Both the position numbers and the translations under genes were made by a program. Under the pieces are notes generated by a model, which saw only the letters and a program-made list of their open reading frames with translations, had not been told where the DNA came from and searched no databases. This document shows positions 56,101 through 64,000 of a DNA stretch of 64,000 bases, piece by piece; positions within the stretch are counted from its first letter, which is position 1, and each line of letters starts with the position of its first letter. The stretch is from assembly GCF_964204865.1 (NCBI RefSeq), contig NC_135259.1:14074001-14138000 (forward strand), given 5' to 3'. Origin of the DNA: Styela clava. Taxonomy: Eukaryota.

Positions 56101-59100
56101 AACAAAGAGGATCAAAACTAAAAGGCACAGAGGACTAAACTCTACTCGGAACATTGAATAAATACTGAATAAATATAACCATTCATCTCAAAAAATGTCA
56201 CAAATCGGAAAAAAACAATAACACATTTCCTTGTGAAACAAAACTTTCATTTTTTACTACTCAAGTTTTCGAAACGCACTGGTAATTTTTATCCAGTCCA
56301 ACACAAAATTTGCAATTTTTTTTGTACTCACCATCCGTTACCGATACCGATGCTTTAGGTGTCGTACATACAACTTTAACCGCGGTTACACTTTTTACAA
56401 CACAAGGTTTATTGACAAATGTAAATGTGGTTGTTGCAGAAAACCCGTATCCTGTGATACTGACATCAGTTCCACCTGAATATATGGTAAAATTTTTGTA
56501 CTGTAATAACGGAGAGAGGTCTCAAATATATATAAACGCTAAGGTCGAATGTTAAATGACCACTCCCATTTTTAACAACAACAATCGTTACAAAAACAAC
56601 AATTTAGCAATACGTGTCCCATAAACTTACCCAGTGAAATGATTCATTATGAAATGAATTGCTATTGTTAGACATTAGTACCTCATATCATTTTGGCGAC
56701 GTTTGAATGAAACGGTGGTGATATTTATTATGCCGACCCCCGTTTGCGCGACAGAAGTTCTGAATCTCAAGACTGAATAATCGATCGTGAACCAGATTGG
56801 GTTTGGATTTCACTGAAAATCTCACAGAACAGATAGGTGCATCTGTGTTCATTCGCGCTGGGTAATTGCTTTAAATAGCGATTGGATAACGTGGAATTGT
56901 ACCTTTAAAAAGGTACAAATGTAGGCTACAGATATAGTACAAGTACAAATGTAACCTGATTGAATTGAACTATGAATTACCAGTAGAGAATCCACTGGAT
57001 GGGCTTATGGTTCCCACTCCTCCTGATACGGTAAATGCCAATGACACATTTTCATTTTGTTTCTTGGCGAAACCTTTACCTCCAACAGAAAGAACTACAT
57101 CATATGTTCCAAGAGCACCATCTCCGAGCTGAAAATAGGATGATATTCATTCTTACATTTATGGGTATCAAAATTTCTAAGACAACGTAGTCGTATAATT
57201 AGAGCGAATATTTGTAATTACAGAAATATTCAAAATTTTCTTACAGCACAAACGACTTGAGTATCTGTATTTGTTGTGACAGAACAATCCGCTTCGCCAA
57301 CTTTGACTGTGGTATTTCCTCCAGATATTGCAGCTAAGTTTGTTCCAGTAATTGTGATTGATGTAGATGCGTGTGAAGAACCTGTGAATATTTGAACGTT
57401 TTACTATTCATAATCTACAATACCTTTTTAACCATAACATATATATTTAAATAACTCTGTCAGCAACCGTTATGTGTTTTGGAGAAAAGACTGTTTATTA
57501 ACTAGCAATTTATTGGCATAGCTGGAAATACGTTTATGTATGTAAACTTCAATAGCACACGCATAATTTAATTTTAGATTATTGTACTGCACTGTTGCAA
57601 GCACAGATTTAGAAATATTTATATCTGGTAACAAATAAAAGTAGTGCATCAGTATTGATGGTAGATTTTATATCAGACACTGTTACCTGACGACGGAGAC
57701 ATTGAATTAACTATTGGTGTTGAATCAACCGATGTCGTAAATTCACAATTTCCGATACATTTGGACGGATACCCGTTGATAAATACTTCTACCTGAAAAA
57801 ATTAGTTTAAAAAAAAAAATTTAAAATATTTCAGCAAACTAATAATAAATAGTTTTACTAATCTCGTTGTGAAAAACAATGTGTTGCAGAACAATACCAA
57901 AAATGACAAATTCAAAAGCATAATATTGTTGTCGCCAACCTGAGGTTTATCGTAAGCGATTCTAAGCATATCTCCTGTCATTGGGTTGTGGAAAATCCCG
58001 CCATCTTGTGAGGTCCATATTCTACCGGTGATATCAGATGCACCTTCTATCTCTTCCATTCGTAACTAAAAAATTTAATTAATTAATTTTTGTTCAATCG
58101 TATCAACTAGAAACATATATTAAAAAGATAAGGGAAAATATCTATTTAATCGCTTCAAAAAAGTTCAGTCTCAATTTTAGATTTGCTTAATTTTCTAGGG
58201 TGTGCTTTGAAAGTATTAATAAAATGTTTCATAGGCTACTTTGTGTTAAATTGTAGAATTTTTACGAGAAGGCGATCTAGAAGAAGCAATGCATTACCTC
58301 CATTAATGGTTTATCCCCTCCGTTAGTCAGCCATTCAATTCCATAATCTCTAGCATGGCAACTTCCTCCTCTCCACACATTCGCTTGACCAAATCCAGGA
58401 ACCTCATTTTCGAGGAGCTCTTCAAATTTAGTCACAGGTAGATCGACCGGAATTTCTAGAACAGAATATCTTTCCAATCATTTCTTATTATATATACTTT
58501 ACTACTACTTATAAATTACTTTTTTATAATTTAATGGCTAATTTGGCTCGAAATATTCAATTTAGGGTTACGACCGTATGTAATTAAAAGTAGTGAATAT
58601 CGAGGCCTCTGGGTTGCGCCCATGTTCCGGTTTTACAATGGAGAGCAATGGCATGGAATCCGGTTGTTAAACTTTTGTGGTGATCACACTCAACGTATGA
58701 ACCAGGATGAGTGAAATGATGGACGAATTATTTCATAAACAAAATTAACTTTCAGTCTGACATACTGTTCTTTGCGTTCCAGTTGTGATAGTTATGATTT
58801 TAAACGACAGAGGAACTGCAAAAAACTAAAAATTGTCTAATTTTCTTTTCAGTGCCAATTACCAAACCAATAAATAGTCAAATTCTTAATTTTCAAACCT
58901 GTTACATTGTAAGATTTCCCATTAGGAAAATGCACAGTGAGATCAAATTTTCCGGACATGGGAAAGCTTCCGGATTGTATTCTTGTGGCAATAAAACTGA
59001 CTCCACTTTCCCAACTACTTTCTCTTTGAGTTAATTTGTCTTTGGTTGCAGCGGAATTAGAAATAAATGCTATCTGTGAATATTTTAGAAAATATGTAGT

Positions 59101-62100
59101 AGAAAAAAACGTAGTGTTAATAGAGAAAATGCAGTAGATGAGACAAAATGTACCGATATGAGAGGAATCATGTTTCCACAGTTATATGTATCAAGCTCAA
59201 TTTCGAAAGATCTATCTCCGGTCGATTCTCTGATTGTAACTTTCGACAGTGGTTCGCCATTCGCTAAAGCAGGAGGTGTACGAACTCCAAGAACGCCTGA
59301 AAATATTAAATATTATACATTGATAACCGAATGCATATTTGATTCTGATGAATTTCAACAAATACCAACCTAAAAAGTAATGGTGCTCTCGTTGAATTCA
59401 GGACCACTTGAAAAAAGGTTAATTAGCAAAATTTCGTTTATATCGTTATTGTAGTAAAAATCTAACTGAGCTAGATAAGATTGATTCTTTAGTGCAATGG
59501 GTGAAAATTTTATTTCTATTAGACTTTTCATTTCATTTTAGAACGAAGATAGTCATGTCGATGACGTTTCCAATAAAAAAATATGCCTGAATATCATTTG
59601 CTGCGACTATAGAAGATTATATTTGACAAATTATAGAATATCATTACAAAATTGATGGTAATTGTTTACAAAAACACAAATCTCTTAAAACTTTTTGGAT
59701 GAAATTTATTGAATTTCGACATCCTTTACAATTAATATACAACTAGGAAAAAATCAATTTTACACTTAATCTCAGTTTAAGCATTATTCGTTATATAGTG
59801 TTTCCAAATAACAAAACCGGTAATTATATTACTGGTTGAAATGAATCAAACGCAAACTAAGAAAAAATCTAGGTTTGAGAAGAAATAGTTGTCCGCTTTT
59901 ACTGCATATCGTACCTTCCAGATCATCAGTTGTTTTAGAACTTCCGATTGTGATCGCATCCAACCAATAATTATAATCTCTGGAATGTCTGTAGAATTTA
60001 ACCATGGTCAAAGTAACTTCGTCGATGTATGTTAGATCAGAACGGGAATGAAGAGCCTGTAAAATGTTAGTTTGATTTTGTAAATTTACCATGACATTCA
60101 ACTGTTTAAAAAAAAAACTGTTTAATCTGTTTTAGACATACATAATTTCAATAGGATCGTTAAGAAGAAATATATCTGATTTCAAGTGGTGATAACATAC
60201 AATGTTTTTTTCTGCACATTTAGCGATGTATAATCTTACTCAAACGCCTGACGACGCATGTTCGAGTAAACTTGCAGAATTCAATTCCAGCTAAAGAGTT
60301 TTTGTAGGTGGAATACGTCAAAATGTAGCTCAAGTTGTAGTGTGGACAACAAATATTATCCCTTCGGAGGAATATAACATAGAATTTATAATTACAAACC
60401 TCTGAGATTAAATCTATGCATGAATATCTCCATTCTGTATCGTGTGTTACTAGAGGTGACGTCACAATGTGAGTTGTAGTTTGAGTTTTTCCATTTCCTC
60501 TGAAAGTTCCTGTGAGATCCATCCTATCCGACATGCGACCACGGTGAGCAAGACATAACTGCAAAATGGGTTGTTTTGAATTTGTGGTAAAATACAAATT
60601 TGAAAATGTAGGATTTTATATAATATAAACCTGTCGTGTTTGTTTAATTTATTGTTGTGTTACGGTATGTTGTAAATTTTAACATGCCATTGCTTACCAA
60701 CGTCGACAATGTTAGGTATCAAAATAACAGCACCGGTAATACGGATTTGATTCCATATATTCTACATTATAAGGTGATTTCATGATTTATTATTGACGTC
60801 ATCTGCAATTTTAATTCAAGAAGCCGCCGTGTTCTTGGCTGATATTTAAAAAAATAATTCGACTTTGGATTCAAACCGAGTTTTAGAATGCAAATATGTC
60901 TTGACACTGATATAATTAATTATATCAGGTTGTGCGCCATCTTGGTGCGCATACTACAGGAGGTCCCATACCCATCTATTTTGCACGGCATCAAATGCTT
61001 TGTGTCTTGTTTCAGGATCATCTGACGTTCTTCCTGCGCGATATATGATATCAGGATTCATTAGAGATGTAGTTCCACAAAACGCTTCGGAATCCTAAAT
61101 GAAATTGTCAGATATAAAGCAACAAAAATATTGTGTTCTTCCGTAAATTCTCTCATTCATAGACCCGGGATTCAAATTGCAAAATGTAATTCGACTGATA
61201 GGCTCGAATATATGATACACATATATTGATTTGAACCAATGGTTGTAACTGAATCATTTGAAGAACACTTGATACCATTTCCAGAAAATATTGACAAGGA
61301 CTATTTGTCTTTCTATATTCCTAATTAATTTAATATGCACTATTATTCCATAATTATGGGTGTTTATTTATTATGGGTGTTTCCTGTGGTTCCACCGCTC
61401 ATCTTTTTTCATTGTTTATTTTGCAACACATACCTGCTTTCTACTTCCCCATTGGTCGCCATATTTTGCAGTCTCAAAATCTCGAGTTGTAATGACAGAT
61501 GATTGTCGTAAATCAGGGAGAAGGAATGGAGGACAATAGGCAGATCTTGTCGCTTCTAGTGCTGTATCCAAAGCTTCAACATCAGCATTTTCCGCAATGG
61601 CCGCGGTCATTCTGTTCAAACCGGCATATAAATATAACACATTTGGCAGTTGAATTATTCAATTCTGATTGCATTTGAATTTTGAGTGGTGAATGTAATT
61701 TACTTTCAATTTATATTTTATTAAATCAGAACCAAAAAAATAGATGGAACATCATACGTCGGTACATTTGTGGCGATATAGATCAGAGGTGGCGAACATT
61801 TCTGATGGATAGGTCAAAAATTATATTTTTCTTGTGAAAATGTTTTTTTTTTGTGACGGTGAGTCATAGATATTCAATTCAAGTCCCCATGAAGCATGAG
61901 CCATAAAGTGATCAGTGCCTCGCCATCCCCAATATAGAATATGCTGATATTAGTGCTGCTATCACTGCTATCACCTATAAATCACTGATTCAATTTTAAA
62001 TGTTTTTGTCTTGGCGCAACTATTCGGTCTTGGCGCAACTATTCTTCACCCCTACTTCTCAGAATTCTCAGAAAACAAGTAACAACATGCAGAAATGTAA

Positions 62101-63235
62101 AATCGTATAAAAGTCGGCAAAGATTTCGAAGAATCCAAAGAAAAGTTTGTCATAGCCTTACCTTCCACCAAGTCTTAATTTGAAAGACTTTCTTTCTGAA
62201 ACACCCTTCGTTTTCTCGCTGATAGAAACAGATAATCCTTGAACGTTGGACGGATATTTTTCATAGCCTAAGGTAGCATAGTCACCTGCATGAAGAAGTT
62301 TTTGTAATAAGGAAAAAATGGGGAGTTGTTACATGTTGATATTGATAATATTACAATTTCTTACCCATGACTAACTACCCTTCATTAGATCGCGAGTACA
62401 TACATGTGCTAAGATAATGCACAACTTCTTCGAACTCAAGGGGTATGCATAGGGAAGGATTAACTGTCTAGCAGCCAACGAGAGGCCGTGGTTAACCATA
62501 CGATTAATTCCTCCTTCAATCAATCAAGTCGGAAGTATTAGTATTTCAGATTAATGTGTTCTATCATAAATCAAGAAGATCACAAAGCTTAGAACATACA
62601 GTCCTAAAAATTCGAACTAATAAAACAACTCGAGCATCTTTTTATTTTACCTCTTTTTTGTCTAAACTCAACCGTGTATTTTCTCTGACCACTAGATGTT
62701 GCAACCGACACAGCGATGTTTTCGTCTTTCAGAGCAAAAATGTTGAGTAAATGGGTTCGGACAGATGACGCAGAAGCCTGTAATGAAAAAAAGTAACACG
62801 CAATCAAAATTAATCAAAAGCGTTGATTGAAAACAGATTGTCTAATTATTATCGGCCTAAACATTCTATCTCATGCCCCAGTATCTCAAGATTGCTAGAA
62901 TATACATAAGCAACGAGTAATAAGCCCTTTTTTATATTTCTACTTATGATTTTAGGTTGTCACTTATATATTCTGATAATTTGTTCCTATTTTTCAAACT
63001 TTCTCGGATCCTACAAAATATTTCAAATCTATCCCAATTACCGTTTTTTCAATCGAAATCCAAATGAAAAATGAAAACTTACATCTGCTTGTATGAAGAG
63101 TGTTTTGACTCCTTCATATATCAGTCTGTAACCAATATTCTGACAAGTTCCAGTATTGAAACAAGAATGAGAAACAGTAACTTCCTGAACTTCAATAGCC
63201 CCGGCCTGCCTAGACCACGAGGTGAAGTTGATATT
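8135..63235 (-). CDS. PKHD1L1: Fibrocystin-L / PKHD1-like 1, about 80 coding exons in window, 5' part beyond window end
   Basis: Phase-compatible GT-AG exons run from 63083-63235 to the terminal exon 8135-8226 (TGA at 8135-8137). They encode IPT/TIG repeats (e.g. VTSMSPNTGSNSGGTKVTINGNGF), a cupredoxin-like segment (LDINVGDTVTWKW), two G8 domains (WSSKWTWGG..., RLIVGW...LVLRG), RAEVGLLTRNI and RAEVALLTRNI, GQAFRLGRYPIHFH, PbH1 repeats (TPAAFWVTNPNNTLRHNAAAGGTHFGFWY), EWDGDPRRGLGDYRIPK, CAGYTCQER, a TM helix and a cytoplasmic tail. Confidence 0.93.
8272..8802 (+). mobile_element. Probable tRNA-derived SINE in the last fibrocystin-L intron
   Basis: A-box TGGCCCAACGG (8281-8291), B-box GTTCAAGTCC (8334-8343) and an A-rich end near 8780-8802; a related head lies at 46671-46750. 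The 3' boundary is uncertain. Confidence 0.5.
9684..9849 (-). CDS. PKHD1L1: Fibrocystin-L transmembrane exon
   Basis: 166-nt exon LSEAIVTTKQTPTTVKVDPVPPPVSNLAVIIACSVVGGLLLIAVIVIIVLKGPCS; phases match the neighbouring exons. Confidence 0.85.
12047..13441. mobile_element. Non-autonomous hAT (Charlie-like) element containing a nested MITE
   Basis: TIR CAGAGGTCGGCAACC / GGTTGCCGACCTCTG; perfect TSD GTCTACAG; subterminal TGGCACGC repeats. Confidence 0.93.
12891..13125. mobile_element. Merlin-like MITE, copy 2, inverted relative to copy 1
   Basis: GGCGCTCC...GGAGTACC termini; same TIR as 194-429; flanks GAAATAAA / AAAATAAA. Confidence 0.85.
13570..13886 (+). mobile_element. Degenerate SINE-like repeat
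   Basis: Ends in CCCGGAATAAATATGAAAATCTTATTCTATCC. Similar 3' pieces occur at 40711-40790 (minus) and around 62470-62510. Confidence 0.45.
14039..15291. mobile_element. Non-autonomous hAT (Ac-like) element with TATCGG subterminal arrays
   Basis: TIR TAGAGATGTACCGAT / ATCGGTACATCTCTG; dense (G)TATCGG repeats at both ends; degenerate AGTCATA target duplication. Confidence 0.85.
19360..19657 (+). mobile_element. Helentron/Helitron-like non-autonomous element, copy 1
   Basis: Similar to 51907-52138. It has a 5' CTTAT(T/C)GATC subterminal repeat, an ACAG/ACAA microsatellite and a 3' hairpin TTACCGATC-TTAA-GATCGATAA. Confidence 0.6.
21819..22432 (+). pseudogene. hAT (Charlie/Buster, GTF2IRD2/ZBED8-like) transposase relic
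   Basis: Frameshifted fragments: BED finger PQCLIC...KEYNLKRHYETSH, EIVKEC, VPLHGTASGSDVY, SVVTDGAPATVGK and FHCIIHQE. Confidence 0.85.
22751..23345 (+). mobile_element. PIF/Harbinger relic with intron-split MADF (Myb/SANT-like) domain
   Basis: TTA followed by a GGGCTAGTTCACAC terminus, then CLWAVGKMGYRNNITKKK-fs-A*MKVGEEKGVG | GTAAGT..TTCTACAG | VKECKTRWRSLIDRRYRKE, matching the MADF pattern. Confidence 0.7.
23373..23380 (+). promoter_or_regulatory. CRE palindrome TGACGTCA upstream of CBM21 copy A (also 24612, 28683; TTACGTCA at 30341)
   Basis: Same relative position, ~70-135 nt before the conserved ATG, in four units; a TATATA-like tract lies between them in A, B and D. Function is unproven. 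Confidence 0.45.
23493..24125 (+). pseudogene. CBM21 (PPP1R3-like glycogen-binding) pseudogene, copy A
   Basis: MRFNAEE..VLTELNRDEEAVVGEVGADNLAYEK..LDIEAIWFQRDGKTDLFKFNI..YFSVVGNEETEWNNNNSSDYTI followed by a charged tail; several frameshifts and stops. Confidence 0.8.
24747..25840 (+). pseudogene. CBM21 pseudogene, copy B, split by an insertion at ~25041-25694
   Basis: VLTELNCDEEAAVGEVGVDNLAYEK..LDIEAIWFQRDGK..LFKFDI..KMEI..YFRVEGNAATEWNN [insert] NNNGSDYTIQR. Confidence 0.8.
25041..25694 (+). mobile_element. Second Harbinger/MADF relic inserted into CBM21 copy B
   Basis: Homologous to 22945-23345; encodes VKGSKTRWR*LKDRYIREK; AAC(A) is duplicated at the junctions. Confidence 0.65.
26083..26630 (+). 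pseudogene. Truncated, diverged CBM21 pseudogene, copy C
   Basis: MRLYAE*..CDEEEVVGEVGVANPAYEKKIF, followed by a diverged tail; the WDNN half is missing. Confidence 0.65.
27706..28630. mobile_element. Non-autonomous hAT (Tip100-like) element
   Basis: TIR CAGGGTTGCCA / TGGCAACCCTG; perfect TSD ACGGTAGC; AAAAGCCAA subterminal repeats; empty site present in the paralogous unit near 30300. Confidence 0.95.
28781..29402 (+). pseudogene. CBM21 pseudogene, copy D
   Basis: LNCNEEEEVVGGVVVANLAFEQKFFTGITFNGWNNFLDIEAI*FQSDGK..CYFRVEGDAVTAGDNNNGSEYTIQ, plus tail. Confidence 0.85.
30415..31060 (+). pseudogene. CBM21 pseudogene, copy E
   Basis: MRFNAEESRERIDTSTIV*TELNCD..ANLVYEKKIFIRLTFNRWRKFLDIEAI..FKFEIP..CYFGVEGNAMAVWDNNKGSDYMIQ; the tail stays open (ORF 30695-31186). 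Confidence 0.85.
31312..31510. mobile_element. Merlin-like MITE, copy 3 (variant interior)
   Basis: GGCGCTCC...GGAGTACC termini; flanks ACATATTG / ATCTATTG; shares the CCCCGAACTCGTAATA core with copy 1. Confidence 0.75.
35820..36335. mobile_element. hAT (Charlie-like) MITE
   Basis: TIR CAGGGGTTCTCAACCT / AGGTTGAGAACCCCTG; TSD ATTTAGAA / ATTTAAAA. Confidence 0.9.
39779..39882. repeat. Local duplicate of 40399-40501 (exon 3' end, donor and intron)
   Basis: TTTTAGGCAAAAA..AAATAAATTATTCC(A/G)AGTACCT(T/G)TGGTTATTGCAGATAGTCTAG occurs in both places. Confidence 0.85.
46671..46750 (-). mobile_element. SINE head fragment related to the 8272 element
   Basis: Reverse complement ..ATGGTTAAAACGTTAGGCTTAACTGCGTTGG..GTTCAAATCCC aligns with 8281-8343. 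Confidence 0.45.
51907..52138 (+). mobile_element. Helentron/Helitron-like non-autonomous element, copy 2
   Basis: Shares AATTCATCCAAAA..CTTCTGGTCCG..GATATGATG..TTTGGAGCAGATTCAACC..ACAGACA..GATCGATAAGTAAT with 19360-19657. Confidence 0.6.
52994..54001 (-). CDS. PKHD1L1: Cupredoxin/plastocyanin-like domain exons of fibrocystin-L
   Basis: WDPMTLDINVGDTVTWKW...GSFSYTFNNEGKFYLSSG pattern; the canonical type-1 copper Cys is not seen. Confidence 0.65.
60926..60967. mobile_element. Solo TIR fragment of the Merlin-like MITE
   Basis: CGCCATCTTGGTGCGCATACTACAGGAG matches the family's right TIR. Confidence 0.55.
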
Positions 63236-64000
63236 CTGCAGCAAAAAGATGATTTTTTCTTAATATTTTCACTTATATTAGTAAATGTATACTGTCTTTT
63301 GAGAGATATACAAATTGACGATTGTCGCAGATAATATACCGGGTATCTCAATAATATTGAGTTTCTCTGTGTCCGGCCTGCACAATACTTCTCCCACTTT
63401 CCCAACACGTGCCTTACGTGTCTCGCACTTATTCCACACGTGTCTCAATTATATGAATGCCTTTTTATATGTTTACTCAGTTTCTCAATTGCTTTTCAAC
63501 ACTGACTAGTCTTGAAAGCATAACGGAGTATAATAAGAAAAATTATGTTAGAGTTAGCGACATTCAAAAACGAAGCAAATTGTTAGGAAACAACAGATAC
63601 AGTTGGAATACAAAAAACAATATCTAATTGAAACAACAAGTCGCCCCCTTGAATATTTTATTTCTATATTATTGGACCTGAAATATTATTCGCTGCTTCA
63701 AATACCTTTTTGAACATTGATTTTTGGGGGTTACTTGAAAGCAGGAAATTAAATGATTAAAAAAATAGCCTTGCTTAGAACTATTTCACCGTTTTTGATA
63801 ACATTTAGCTAAAAGAGGTTGTATTACAGTATACGATTGAACCATGTGCTCTGTATTTTTGAGCGATATTCACAATTAGGTATACGGTTACGATTACATA
63901 CACATACAAACACTTTCTTACTTGTATTATAGTTGTATGGTTTTGCTGATAAAAAATCAGATAAAACAGTTAAATAATATTTATTCATCATTCATTAAAT

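Noticed and set aside
58766-58815. 50-nt candidate exon with good AG and GTATGT sites
   Set aside because: The flanking exons join in phase without it and inclusion would frameshift; at most a poison exon, with no evidence.
61785-62055. Charlie-like MITE starting CAGAGGTGGCGAAC
   Set aside because: No convincing matching right TIR or TSD could be placed.

Overview
AT-rich, intron-dense animal genomic DNA. A marine invertebrate such as an ascidian is plausible from intron sizes and repeat types, but that is inference. Two spliced genes lie on the minus strand. (1) A cathepsin L-like papain-family (C1A) protease at 448-4592 has intact catalytic residues; its last exon is beyond the window start. 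(2) A fibrocystin-L (PKHD1L1-like) gene has about 80 coding exons, running from beyond 63235 down to its stop at 8135, with IPT/TIG, cupredoxin-like, G8 and PbH1 regions, a TM helix and a ~90-aa cytoplasmic tail. Introns hold many non-autonomous DNA transposons (hAT, Merlin-like, Helentron-like) and SINE fragments. The most unusual region is one 10.7-kb fibrocystin-L intron (21062-31727). On the opposite strand it contains a tandem array of about five decayed genes for a CBM21 (PPP1R3-type glycogen/starch-binding) domain. Four copies have an upstream CRE-type site, and all four copies long enough to check share the same frameshift. The array is interleaved with hAT transposase and Harbinger/MADF relics. 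Most ORFs in the supplied track are exon fragments or spurious. Exon coordinates were traced by eye and may be off by a few nt.
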